Source: Raja brachyura
Taxonomy: Eukaryota
Direction of reading: 5' to 3'
DNA length: 64,000 bases
NCBI GenBank assembly: GCA_963514005.1
Contig: OY740783.1
Coordinates: 79,050,001-79,114,000, forward strand
The position numbers and the translations under genes are program-made. This document shows, one piece after another, positions 1 through 12,676 of the stretch (position 1 is the stretch's first letter; each line of letters begins with the position of its first letter). Under the pieces are notes generated by a model. The model was not told where the DNA came from and did no database searches. It saw only the letters and a list, made by a program, of their open reading frames with translations.

Positions 1-650
1 AATAAAGGTGGAAGTGGACAGTGAAAGGGGTAAGGGAAGACATGACAGCGAATTCAGGTGAGGCACAGGGAAGAGGGGGTGGGGGTATCCGTAGGTTAGT
101 AAGTTGCCACCCCTCATATCTCTTTCCAGTGTCTCACCTGCATCGCTCTCATTTCTACCCCTACCCCTCCCACTGTTCCCTTCCACCTTTATTCCTTTAG
201 CTTCTTCTTGCATATGGCGTGCACAACTTAAAGTTGTAGGACAACTTGGTGTATTTGATCTTATTCAATTGTGCACACCAGGTTGACTGCATTCATTGAA
301 ACAGGGTGCACCACGTGAAAGTTGCAATCTCCCACCCCATTCCTTTAGCTTCACAATTCACAACTCTTCTATGCTTACCTACACTTTTTGTGTCTTCATC
401 GCAGGCCTTCGTCCAACCATTTACCTATCAAAACCCCATTTCCCTGCATCCACCTATCACTTGCCAGGCTTTCTCCTGCCCCCACTTCTCTTCCAGCTTT
501 TCCCTCCCCCCACCAAAATCAGTCTGAAGGATCACGACCCGAAACGTCACCTATCCATGTACTGCAGCAATGCTACCAGATCTGCTGAGTTACTTCAGCA
601 CTTTGTGTCTTTTCTTTGGTAAACCAGCTTCTGCAGTTCCTTGCATCTCC
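1..650 (+). mobile_element. Penelope-like element 3'/pseudo-LTR remnant, partly fold-back, with degenerate hammerhead motif
   Basis: 1-14 AATAAAGGTGGAAG is the reverse complement of 180-193. 522-550 reads gtctgaagg atcacgaccc GAAACGTCAC, followed by the family tail (gatctgctgagttacttcagca...ctgcagttcc). Similar to the minus-strand copy at 44148-44690. Confidence 0.7.
201..338 (-). mobile_element. Short retroposon (SINE-like) with HDV-like ribozyme head and (GAA)n tail, copy 1
   Basis: Flanked by direct repeat ATTCCTTTAG (191-200 and 339-348). Homologous over its full length to 6268-6406. Minus strand ends ...GCAAGAAGAAG. Confidence 0.8.
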
Positions 651-955
651 AGGACATAGCTGAAATGGGGTTGCAGATCCTAATTGAAGATATGAATCCT
701 AATACTTTGGAGTTAGCTGTTTGGCATGCATAATAGAGGATTAGATTAGGAGGTAAAGATCTGGCAATGGAAGACTTATACCCAAGGATCTACTCTGTGG
801 ATGTGGAATTCAGATGGTAGAGAGCAAAGTCAATATATGCGGCTGCACTCCATTAGTGGCCTTTGGCTTACCTAGGGGTCTGGTTTTCATTCTTGCACAA
901 GTCAAGAAATAAATGTTTCCATTCTTCTCATCTCACAATGACACGGTTTACTTGA

Positions 956-1232
956 GTTTAGTTTAGTTTAGAGATTCAGTGTGGAAGCAGGCCCTTCGGC
1001 CCACCAAGTCCATGCTAACCAGCCCATACATTAATTCTGTCCGGCACACTAGGGACAATTTACAGAACCCAATTAACCCACAAACCTGCACGTCTTTGAA
1101 ATGAGGTTGGAAACCGGAGCACCTGGAGAAAACTCACGTGGTTACAGGGAGAATTTACAACCCATCGTGGTCAGGATCGATCCCGGATCTCCGGCACTGT
1201 AATGCATCCACTCTACCGCTGCGCCACTGTGC
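956..1232 (-). mobile_element. tRNA-derived V-SINE/HE1-type SINE
   Basis: Minus strand begins gcacagtggcgcagcggtagag (A box), has gatcgatcctgac (B-box-like) and ends in the (CTAAA)n tail. Matches 54081-54399. Confidence 0.85.
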
Positions 1233-1769
1233 TTTGATTCATCTCTTCTCATAGGTTCTAAACCGATTTCTGGATTTTCATTCGGACTATGTAACGTTGA
1301 TCTGAATGTTGGAAGCATGTTGGAAGCCTAATAATATAACTTTCCTTGATGTCTTTTCTTTTGGTCATCTTTAATTTATCAAAATTAATTTTCAATATTT
1401 AGAAAACTTCACGTTTAAGTGAGTCAAGAGTGGCTAGTGATCATATGCGCTAGGGACAGAACAATAACATTCTTATTTGCTTGAGCTTTACAAGCACATT
1501 AATGCAACATAACAATTAAATATAAATAAACAATAATACTATAACTTACCATTAATACCAGGATTATTATGCATTGATCAGAAAGAGATAAAATAATCTC
1601 CTCTTGTGCATCTGTGAATACTGAACCAGAAGTTGCTTTAGATTGGAAACAAATAAAGCATACATTTGGCTGATCTATATTAATTTAGCAAACACAAAGA
1701 GGAAACGCATAATAATCAGTTGATGTCCTGTAAAGTTAGAGAGGAAATGTTAGGATTGCCCTTCTTGTG

Positions 1770-2140
1770 CAAAGAAGATTAAGAGATTTGATCAGAGGTG
1801 TGCAGAATCATAATCTATTCAGATTGGGTAAATGGAGAAGATTTGTTCCGATTAAGCAGTTTGGTCAAGGATCAATTGACCAGCTTTGATCAAAGGATCA
1901 AAGCTGGTCAAGCCAGCTTTTAGACAAAAGATACAATGAGGTTATAAAGTCAACTTTCTTACTCAGAGAGTAGTAATCATCTGGAATTCTCTGCCTGGTT
2001 GGACACAAAATTAAATCCTTCTTCAAGGAATTGGATGGGTAATTAGCATAGAATAATTTTCAGGTGAACGCAAGAGGGTTGAGAAAATGAACAGATATGA
2101 TTATTCCACTTAATCTAGAACATGTGAATGGCCTCTTTCA
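1770..2140 (+). mobile_element. Old CR1 LINE 3' fragment
   Basis: Degenerate match to the CR1 3' end seen at 9050-9409 (actcagagagtagtaatcatctggaattctctgcct; gaatggcct). Confidence 0.5.
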
Positions 2141-5100
2141 GTTTTGTGATAATTCTATGATTCCATGACCAGTAATACAATATGTCTTGTTAATACAATA
2201 GTTATCTGTCTGCACAAATTTTCTTCATTTGGCAGCATAATGAAATAGGCAATCAAATTAAATAACACAATACTCCCACAATCCAGTATCCAATTTTTCA
2301 CAAACTGTGATGGTTTGGCATCTGGTACATTGGTTACTGTTTCCTGCACTCCTTTGAAACTCACTGTGGTCCTGTTTCCTAAATGTCCTTTACACTCATC
2401 AGGCTCACTGGAAAATAAGGGGAAATGGAAGTGTGTTGCAGTATTAATAGACGCAATGCCCAATTGACCTGAATGTCTATGAGTCCAACATTGCTAACTT
2501 CCAAGGATGCTGGATTATCTGAGTTTTACTGTATATACTTGGAAAAGCAGAAACCATTGTTAACCTTACTTTAATTTAATATCAATGTTCAGGAAGTTTC
2601 TGGCAGTGGTGAAAGACCTTTGCTTTCAACGTCTTTATCCAGTAGGGCTTCACGTGTTCTGAAATGATCTTCCATTGGCAACTCCAGAATAAAGGCTCCT
2701 ACCTGGTCAAAGTTACCGTGCTATTGATATACATGGTTTACCAACCATAGCTGGCATTGTGTGTTGAGCCCTGAACAAGCCACTCCACTGAATCACTTTG
2801 ACAGCCGGTTAAACCATGTTTCTGAATGATGTTGTGAAATGGATATGCAGATTTGTCACTGTTTAGCACTGAGGTACAGTACTGGGGAACAGTGGTTTGT
2901 CACTGTATAAGCTAGCATTAGTACTGGAAGTGCAGACCGGTTGCTTGAAAACACAAAGGAAATGTACTGGAAGTTCCATCACTGTAGAGCGCTGGGCAAC
3001 TGAATTAGTACGGCAAAGTCTGTCAAACTACAACACTGGGGTCAGTGTTTGCATGTTAAAGTCACCTGCAATGAAATTTGAAATGTTCAGAAAATAAAAA
3101 AAAGACATAAAGTGCGTTTGCATCAATATAATTTTTCCTCTCGATTACACAGTGCAATGTTCCCAAAGACTTTACTGTTAAGGTAAGCAACACGAGCCCT
3201 AATCAACGATCAATAAAAAATCAGCGTTGACACAGAACATTGTGAGAAATGATTACTATCCAGCGTACCTCCTGCCTGACATTTGACACACTTGTCAGGC
3301 ACGAGTCCAAGCTGAACCCAGTCCAATTCTGCTTGAATTCTGCCTTGAACTCACACGCGTTATGCCACTGATCCTTTGCTGCACACAATAACTTCCATGT
3401 TTGTCCCTATATTCCGAGCTTGGTGTGGGGAACGATGTACTGTCTTCTCATTAACTAATTGGAATAAATAACTCAAACCAGTCTTCTGGTGACAAATCAC
3501 GCACAAACTGTTGAGGAAAATTATATGCTGTTTTGTGGTAACCAGCAAGCTGAAACGAGGCAATAGGAGAATAATTATATAATACCCAATTTTCACAGCG
3601 CTGGCAAAGATATACTTGATACTGAGGACCTTCTTTGAGCAGGTCATAAATTTTCCTCCATGCTCCACTAACTACTGTTCAGATCAATCTGAAATCTCAC
3701 TGCTCCATTATCCATCTTCTGAGTTCCGCATGGGTACAGTAATATTTTACTCTCATACACCCAGTTGGATCAGCTACTGGAACTGCAGTGTTCTTTAACA
3801 AAAAATAAGAATTTGATTGTGATCAATTTGAGCTACAACTTGCAGGCAGTTAATAATCTCTTATATCTCCAGTGCCATTTTTTACTATTAAGTCTTTGAC
3901 TACTGCAGCAGCTTCTTTGCACCTTGTCAAATACCACTAAATTTGCTTGTTTTTCAATGCTTTCCATTAAGAAAGAATATCCTTTGTATATGGCATTTTA
4001 TACATTTCCTGCTGCATTATGCTATGGTGATGCTTTAGGGACTTAGCAGCTAAAATGTTCACAACCACCACAGCTCTACATATCACTTTTGCTGTAAGGT
4101 AACCTCACTGATGAAAAAAAATGCATATTATGACTGCACACTCATCTTAATTTAGTATAACTAGATCAAATTCATATTGCATAAATGGTTTTTGGCTCTT
4201 TTATGAAAAAATGCAAATTACATTAGGTACACCTTTCTCTAAAATGAAAATAGAAAAATGATACTAAATTGCTCTGATTTGTAAATACAGGGTCTAATGT
4301 AAATTTGCCTAAATAAAATGTTGTGAACTCTCTTGCTAATATAATTTTTATTTATTTATATTTAATGCCACTTCCCAATTGCCCCTTTCTTCCACTGTGA
4401 TTGTCACAACCTTCCTTGTACCCATTCCACAGCTGCTGTATTTCACCTGCCATCTGGTGTGCTCCCATTGTTATTTTAAAGTTAAAACACAAATTGCCAC
4501 TGTGGACACATGCAGCATTTGTAAGCATGCCAAATCTTCACATCAGGGAAATGTTAGGAGTGAAATGTGCTATTACGAGGATCCCATTTAAACATGGAGC
4601 TCTGATTATTTTTGAGACTGACATGCATCAGGAAAATTTAAATGAAAATGAAGCATTAGTAGTCATAATGAGTGCCATTTGGCAGGTCTGGATTGTGTGG
4701 GGGCAGGATATTAAACACCCGGAGAAATGTGTAAAGAAGCAGAACATATTCAGGATGTCTGGACAGCTCCATAAATGCATCAGGCACCCTTCCACGCACC
4801 AAGTCTTGATTATGATAGACTGTGCAAGGTTCATTGGCTTTGGAATAAGGGAAACAACAGGAGCTGCTTTTCAAAGATTGTAGTGCATTGCATGGGCAGA
4901 GAAGAGTTATTGTTATGCACTAAACCATGCTTTGGTTTGGGACCACTTGAGATTAATACCGAAACCTTGAAACTAGAAGCTTGTAACTAATCACGTGTGA
5001 TAAAAATATTCAAAAATCATAAACTTCAACTTCAAGCTGGCTCCTTGGCTGCTTTTAACAAATTGGATAGGAATATGGCAACTGACTCATTCTTCAGGTG

Positions 5101-5989
5101 GGCCTGCATTTGACACATTTTATTTAGACCCCATGTACCAAATTTAAACAATTTTATTTGTTATTTTTGTAAGCTTCTAAGCTTGGAAAATCCTGGCTGC
5201 GGAATTAAAGCAAAAACATCTAATCTCCCAGGCAAGTGCTTCAATAGGATTGCCTGTGAGTCATGAGGTGTGGGCAAATTATTAAATTCCCTTCTTCACT
5301 TGTCATGGTCAGTCCCCACTGCTAACAACGTTGTTGACGTGCAAATGTCCCATCACTTTTTGTCTCTCACAACCCTCCACAATATCCCACTACTTTAACC
5401 CCAGCACTCTCTCTCTGCCAGACTGATATTGCTGAATTATATAACAGATAGCCAAGCAGTGGCTTTATTGATTTTGTTTCTAACTAAGAAACTCCAACAA
5501 ATGACATATCTTCCTTCTGCATAATTTCTCTCATTCCTAGAGCCTCACCCCTTCTATCCTAAATTCTGCACCCCACAAACCACAGGTTATTTCTACAGGT
5601 ATGACTATTCATACAATATCATGGATATATCCTAATCAACAATGGAGTGGGAATAATACCACTAGAAAGACCACTGCAGTCCAAGGCGGTTCAAAGCAGT
5701 GGTCTTGTTGGCCTTGACAGTAATGCCCAGAACCTCTGTGAATAAAAAAGGCCCAATCCATTCTTTTTCAAAGACTAGGCAACACTTTTTTGTCTCCAGT
5801 ACTTCAAACCAGGGGATTTCTGTACTAATTAATGTAACTGCCATTTTTATGGCACACTTAACAAAGCAACATCTTCCAAACTCTTAAACATATAACAGAT
5901 GTTTTATATTTTTATCCAAACCTAAGTCCATAATTGTCCGTTCAAATTCAGTTACATAATCTAAAACAATCACTCCCTTTCAGTTGATC

Positions 5990-6245
5990 CACCTTTTAGC
6001 AACTCTTGGACTGCTGCTAGAAGGATACTACTGCTAGAAGGATAAGGGCCTCAGGCAGACGATACCACCTCTGCTTGCAAGATCCCCTTCATGTAGCACT
6101 GCATTTTTATGGATCATTTTTATCATGCTCATTCAATGTATCTACCCCAACAGCATATGTTGGCCCTTCAGATGTCAAAAAAGCATCTCACCATCACTTT
6201 CTTACGGGCATTCAAGGGAAGACAATAAATATTGGCATGCCAGTA
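5990..6245 (+). mobile_element. Degenerate LINE 3' fragment (CR1/L2 group)
   Basis: Similar to 37800-38258 (accacctctgcttgcaagatcccc; caataaatattggc). Confidence 0.4.
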
Positions 6246-6267
6246 ACAATTACTTAGTATAAATGGC

Positions 6268-6321
6268 GGGGTGGAAGATTGCAACCTTCACGTGGTCCGC
6301 CCTGTTTCAACTAATGCAATC
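6268..6321 (+). ncRNA. Predicted minimal HDV-like (CPEB3-type) self-cleaving ribozyme
   Basis: P1 GGGGTGG/CCGCCCT with G1.U wobble; P2 GATTGCA/TGCAATC; P3 ACC/GGT; L3 TTCACGT; GT after P1; J4/2 CTAA with putative catalytic C6311; P4 essentially absent. Confidence 0.75.
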
Positions 6322-6406
6322 AGCTCGACATGCACAAACGGAAGATCAAATAGAACAAGTTGTCCAACAACTTTAGGCTGTGCACGCCACACAAAAGAAG
6401 AAGAAG
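6268..6406 (+). mobile_element. Short retroposon (SINE-like) with HDV-like ribozyme head and (GAA)n tail, copy 2
   Basis: Full-length homology to 201-338 (minus). Same 5' start GGGGTGG and tail AAAGAAGAAGAAG. No tRNA A/B boxes. No TSD found for this copy. Confidence 0.8.
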
Positions 6407-9049
6407 CAGAAGTGAGAAGTGCATATGGAGTCAATGGTGGGGAGTCTTGTCTGTGTGATGGACTGAGCTACGTCCATCACATTCTGCAATTTCTTGTGGT
6501 CTTGGGGAGAGCTGTTACCAAGCTGTGATGCAACTCAAGAATATGCTTTGTGCGGTGCATCTGTAGAATTTGTAAGAGTCATTTGAGACTCTCTCTGAAC
6601 ATTACACACAACTACAGATCACAGGTCAATGTGTGTTCTTCCTCTCTCCAGTTTTTATTTCCTCTTCCCTCCCTCGGGTTGTTTGCTTCTTATTTTCCTT
6701 GTGTGTGTTTCAATCTTGGGGCTAATAGAGATGTGCTTAAGTTTTGCTGGCGAGGACCAGTAAGGAAACAGTGTGTGGGCATTTTGCTGTGGTAGTTTGG
6801 CAAAAGGCAAACTATCACTACAAAATAACCAGGGTATTGTGCATTCAGGGACACAGCAAACCATTACCCGCAGTGGTGGCATGCCATTGAAAGCAACTGG
6901 TAACACTTCCACATGAGCAATGTTTCATTGACTTTTGAATTTAAAATAAACAGTGGAAGAAAGAGAACAGAAAGCCAGAGTTTAAATTTCTTAGTAGGTG
7001 GGAGTGGTCCCAAACAGCAAAATGCCAGAAGGGTTCTGAATTCCACCTTCATCCTTTGTATACATGGATGGGATCATCAGCCGTGTTGAATCAGGGGCTC
7101 AGTTAAATGGCACTACTGGGCTCCACTGTCACTCGACTTTACACAACAATTTAAACATGGACCATATTACTTCTTGCGTGATCTCCAGCCTGCTAGTGCA
7201 GGATGAGGCAGAAAGCATAGAGGCCACAAGAGATCCAATTACGGTAGTTTTACGGTATGATTTTGGGTCTGTAGGAGCAGAGTACTCCTGAGTTCTCTAA
7301 TAGGGATCTGAAACACCACCAACTTTGGCTCCTGCTCCCCCAAGGTGCCACAATTCTTGCGAACAGAAACAAGACCACTTCACTAATTGATGAGATCTAA
7401 CACAAGTGATCACAAGTATAAGATCAGAAGTAATATATTTGAAAAATAGGGCAATTTTTTTTTTAGTGCAATAGTCATCATGGGAGTCCTGTGCACATAG
7501 CCACAGGTAGTGACTGATGCAGCACGTAGGATAATTTAGGAGCGGGCTGGATTAGTGCTTGAAAAGGAGTGGGAATGAAAGGAATGCAAGTGAAATATTA
7601 ACTCTGTGTCTCTCATCACCAATGCTGCCATACCTGCTTAGTATTTCTGGGTTTTTTTTGTTTTTATTTTGGATTTTTTAAATCTGTGTTATCATTTTTA
7701 GATGCGAGCTAAGGGATATTAAAGCAGATGTGATTAGGTCTATGCTCGTAAACAAGATAAACACCAGCACCAATTTATTGGCTTTATAGATCCATTTCCA
7801 GTGTGCAATCATCTTGTTATTTATGCAGCAAACAAATTACACCAAATACAAGTCTGATTAAGAATTTACTAATTAATCCATGGATTGAACGTTTTTATTT
7901 ATTTTTCAATACATAAAAGAAACACTGAAACCTCAGGTCTCCCCAGTGTGCTCAGCTACAAACCTAAACACAGTTCAGAATTGTTCTGACATGGTGACAC
8001 ACCTTTATAGACTGTTTTCCTTTTCAAATCAGTTTCACAGTGAAGTCCCAAGGCAGTTTTGCTCTCAGTATCCCAAGGCACTTACGTTGGCTTACATGCC
8101 TTTACAGTTTGCCTCATCCTTGCAATTGTTGCACGGTTTGCTGTCAGCATACGTTACCTCTGATTACCCCAAGGCTGTAGCTGCACTCTCACAGTCCCCA
8201 GATATCTGTCCCCAGCTCAATTGATGCAGACAGACCATTCCACTTTCACATTTTCAATCTCTTTCTCTCTTCTTATACATGACTCATGGGTATTTTAGTG
8301 GCTCCTGTCGACTGCAATTTAGTGAGGGAGTGGGTTCACAGGGGGAACTGCATCTTCAACATCCAACAAGAATGTCATATCATATTCACAATAGCAATCT
8401 CATTACACCCAGCAAAATTACGTCCTTGACATTAACCCGCTGCAATAATGCCAAGGGAAGCAGAAATCCGACCTCTAGCCCAACACACCTGCAGTTTTAT
8501 TATGTTAAATATCTGGATGTTCAGGCTTCCTGCCGAGGAGAGATTTAACAACATATTTTAATTGGGCTGAGATAGTGCAGTGCTTGGAGTTTTAACTCAT
8601 ACTGCCTGGTAGACTCAGTGTAGAGGAAATGAGCAGTGAAACTGAAGAGGGACTGCAGAATCCAAAAGATAAGTGCATATTCTCAATTACCTTGGCATCC
8701 ATTATGGGTAAGGAAGAGCAGGAATGCATTCCCGAAGTCTCCAAGGAGACCATCAACTACCACTAGCCCTGACTGCTATCCTACCATTTCTGTCCCTCTA
8801 ATCCAATGGAAGTCAGCTTCACTCTGTGGAGTGGTGGCTGCTGGTAAATGTAGAAGAGTAACATGACAATTGCCAAAGTGCTTGCTGAGATACTTGATAC
8901 AAAAGCTATACGTTTATTACCTTCAGCAGTAAACGTACAGCTATCATTCATCATCTCGAGTCACAAGTTCAATTCAATCATAAGTTCTTTATCACAACAC
9001 ATTACCAAAATATTTCTGTTGTGTTCAGCTTTACATGCATAAAAGATTA

Positions 9050-9409
9050 TTAAGGGATTGGACACGCTAGAGGCTGGAAATATGTTCCCAATGTTGGGTG
9101 AATCCATGAGCAGGGGCCACAGTTTAAGATAAGGGGTAGGCCATTTAGAACGAGATGAGCAAATACTTTTTCACCCGGAGAGTTGTGAATCTGTGGAATT
9201 CTCTGCCTCAAAAGGCAGTGGGGGCCGATTCTCTGGATGCTTTCAAGAGAGAGTTGGATAGAGCTCTTAAAGATAGCAGAGTCAAGGGATATGGGGAGAA
9301 AGCAGGAACGGGGTACTGATTGTGGATGATCAGCCATGATCACATTAAAAGTGGTGCTGGCTCGAAGGACCGAATGGCCTACTCCTGCACCTATGTCTAT
9401 TGTCTATTG
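9050..9409 (+). mobile_element. CR1 LINE 3' end (5'-truncated)
   Basis: Typical CR1 end of ORF2 plus 3'UTR (gagagttgtgaatctgtggaattctctgcctc...gaatggcctactcctgcacct) with (TCTATTG)n-like tail. Confidence 0.85.
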
Positions 9410-10849
9410 CTTACTTTTCTGTATAAATATCTGCTGTATTACAATGATCGTTGGAGTTGTAACTTCATCACTTGATTGAGGTGCTCTTCACTTGCGCAAG
9501 TAAAATAAACTAACCGCTGATGGTTAATGATGCAACTCTTTCAGTCTTATTACCGGTCAACATTTTGACTTGAGCCAGCCATCAGACAACAGCCAGAGGT
9601 CCATTGTGCTACTGAACCCTTGGTGCTCAGTAAGGAGGACCTCCCCAATCCTTACATTACCAGAGTCCTCTGCCTCTCCACACACCTTCTCCAGTTCCCA
9701 ATAAATATTGTGGCCAAATGAATTTTCCACATCACATGTAAATGTTGTAATATTCTCTACATTTTCCAAAATGTGTTGGAGATGGATATTAATTTATACC
9801 TGAATGGAAAAACCGGCAGGGCTGGTAAGATGCTGTTTTACATCTCACCCAATATCGCCCTTCAGTGTATAAAGTGACATCAGGTGCAGGAAGAACCAAC
9901 TTTACACAAATGTATTAGTTTGGTAGATTACACCAGTCTGGTTAGCTTAAAGTTGGTTTTCTTAAGCCCTATAAGACTAGCAGAGGTTTATTCAAGGCTT
10001 AGAACTGAACTAAGCAGATATGTATTTACACACTTTCCCTCGGTTAGAGCAATACTTGTGTTTGAAAATAAGCCAGACCACAATCTCTGCTCCATGGTCT
10101 CCTTCACAGCTGAATCTTCTGAAGTATGTGTCAGATGACTAAACAGTCTCCCCTGCATTAGCTGGTTGATGATTACTAAGTAGCGTCAGTAAGGTCCAGG
10201 AGTGGGTCCCCAGTCACTCTCTCAGCACATAATAGTCTTTAGGAACAATAAAAGTGGTCTGGAATTAAATAATTAATGGGTAGTGACGGCTTTGATATAT
10301 ATTCATGACAAGGTCTTCTCCTTCACACAAATCTCATCTCTGTTTCATGCAGAGGAAGCAATCTATGGAAATGTAACAGGTAGAAACTGAGCCAGCAAGA
10401 TAAGGAAAGAAACAGTTTTTGGAACGAATGCTCTGTGTTTTAAGAATGCCCGATTTGAAATTGGACTTTTCAATGAGCCCTTAAAAATTGAAGTTGAAAA
10501 CTGATGATGCTTATAAAAGGCCCAATGCTCATTTTAGATCCACTCACAGAAAACTGATTGCTAGGAGCAGAGTAACAAGATTCGGAAGTGTTCACTGCAG
10601 CTGCAGCAATGGCCACCGGTCAAATATATATATTTTTCCCAAACTCAAATGTTACTACATTAATTTCAAATATCTGACTGGGTTTACGTTCAGTTTCTTG
10701 TGGTAGAAACAAGCTGATTGACGTTTATGATCATTACGTACATAAGATGTCTGTGGAGCCATGAAAAGCATTGATGTGCAAGGTCCTTGGCTCAACTTCC
10801 AATCAGTCTCAGGCATCCTAACTAGATCTCATGCAACAATGTATCTCTA

Positions 10850-11056
10850 AAGGACACATAGTGCTGGAGTAACTCAGCAGGTCAGGCAGCATCTCTGGAG
10901 AACATGGCTAGGTAACGTTTTGGGTCAAGACTTGAAGAAGGGTCTTAACCCGAAACATCACCTATTTATGTTCTCCAGAGATGCTGCCTGACCTGCTGAG
11001 TGACTCCAGCACATTGTGTATTGTGCAATAACCACCATCTGCAGTTCCTTGTTTCT
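10850..11056. mobile_element. Fold-back Penelope-terminus-derived element with hammerhead-like motif
   Basis: Inverted arms gctggagtaactcagcaggtcaggcagcatctctggagaacat / atgttctccagagatgctgcctgacctgctgagtgactccagc; central tgaagaagggtcttaacccgaaacatc; TSD ACAATGTATYTCTA (10836-10849, 11057-11070). Confidence 0.8.
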
Positions 11057-11727
11057 ACAATGTATTTCTATACCTGGCCCAAACACCTTTCCAGAATACT
11101 TTCTATTCTGTCATATTATTTTATTCACTGAAAATGAACAAAGCGATCGTTTCAGATATTTTAACACTCAGGCAGGCACCAATTGCAGTTAATTCGGGTG
11201 AAGCCTTTCAAGAGCGATTGTGGATGTTTGTTTGTTTGTTATCCTATTACAATTTAGTTACAGATTCTAGTGATAGTGACTCTACCTCCTTCCTTTTGTT
11301 CAATTGTGTGTCTTCTTTCTCTTCTAATCTGCTCAATCATTTGTTGCTTAATAATCTTTCCTCGTAACTAATTCAATTACGCCCTTCCACTGATGGCAAG
11401 GTTAACCCATCACAGTTTTGCATGGAATATATTAGGGTTTTTTTTTATTTTCATGGAAGTTTTTGCAGCACAGAACGGGATGCTTAATGGTGCTTTTTTT
11501 TTTAAAGAAAAAAATTAAAGAGAAGGATGAAAAGGCCAGTAAGCGAGAGCAAAGACCATTGAATCAAAAAACGTGAAAATACGATTGGCCACCTACATCA
11601 AGTTATTTGCAATGTATAAAGCCAAAGGAGCCATTTGGTGGTATTTATGTTCCATGTTCTGCTCCAATGTTAAGAAAGCATATGGTCTGTTTGCGTTCAT
11701 TGGTTGAGGCACTGAGTGTAAGTGTCA

Positions 11728-12020
11728 GGGCAACTCAATGGCGCACAGTGCCAAAGATTCTGGTTTGATACTGACATCAAATGTTGTCTGTGGAGAGTTT
11801 GCAAATTCTCCCTGTGACAGTGTGGGTTTCCTCCGGGTGCCGGTTTCTGTGGTTTCCTTTCACATCTGAAAGACATGTGACTTGTCGGTTAAATGGCATC
11901 TGTAAATTGTCTCTATTGTGTCGGGAGTGGATGCAAAAGTGGGAAAACATAGAACTAGTGTGAACGGATGATTGTTGGTTAACCTGGGCTTGGTGGGCCA
12001 AATGGAGCATTGTACATTGG
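11728..12020 (+). mobile_element. Degenerate V-SINE/HE1-type SINE
   Basis: Central V-domain-like sequence (gagtttgcaaattctccctgtgacagtgtgggtttcctccgggtgc) shared with other copies. Confidence 0.7.
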
Positions 12021-12064
12021 TACGTGACAATAATAATAATAAACTAGACAAGCTCGTTGTCCTT

Positions 12065-12330
12065 GCTGCCACTGAGTGAGAGGTTGGTTTGTTTCACCAT
12101 GTGACGAACCTCTCTATCTCCTTCCTATATTGCATCGTGTTGTTGGTCGAGATCTGGCCCACTACAGTGGTGTTATCTGCAAACTTGTACATGCAGTTGG
12201 AGCAGTACGGTGGACCAGTCATGAGTGCACAGACAATATAGTAAGATGCTGAGAATGCACCCTGATGAGGCACCCTTTGATGCCCACCTATAATTAATGG
12301 CTGCTTTTTTGAACTGCTACTGTCCATCTG
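12065..12330 (-). mobile_element. Rex1/Babar LINE RT fragment
   Basis: Translation YKFADNTTVVGQISTNNTMQYRKEIERFVTW matches the FADDT RT motif region of the other Rex1 copies. Confidence 0.7.
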
Positions 12331-12445
12331 GTGATGACATTCTGCAGTGCAATCGAGGAGGGACCACCAGGATTTTGATCCAGTGTCATCATTTCCAAAT
12401 GTTAATTTTTGTTTTTTTTCCAGTTCGATCTCTCCAGCTTAGTTA

Positions 12446-12676
12446 AGGGCCTGTCCCATTTTTACGACCTAATTCACGACCTTTTTTACTCGTGGACATT
12501 TTCCATCATGCTAGAAAAACGCCCTGGCCTGCTTGATGCCATGAGTACCTAGCATCATAGCCTGCTACGACCTACCTACAACCTCCTACGACCTCGTGAA
12601 GACCATGCTGCAAGTATGAGTCAAGGGCAAACTCGGCAGAGGTCGTAAATTAGGTCTTGAAAGTGGGACAGGCCCT
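12446..12676. mobile_element. PIF/Harbinger-type MITE
   Basis: TIR AGGGCCTGTCCCA...TGGGACAGGCCCT, subterminal acgacctaattcacgacc / ggtcgtaaattaggtc, 3-bp TSD TTA on both sides. Confidence 0.8.

Noticed and set aside
2480-2533. Tigger/pogo-like terminus (GGATTATCTGAGTTTTACTG|TA)
   Set aside because: Only one end is recognisable, too decayed to delimit.
3142-3188. Micro-exon candidates with good splice signals (here ...ACAG|30 nt|GTAAGC; also ~10353-10379, ~43612-43642, ~57268-57315)
   Set aside because: Peptides are unrecognised and cannot be joined into a gene; such signals arise by chance in 64 kb.
4401-4883. 160-aa ORF
   Set aside because: Non-ATG start, no recognisable domain or splice context; composition resembles random AT-rich DNA.
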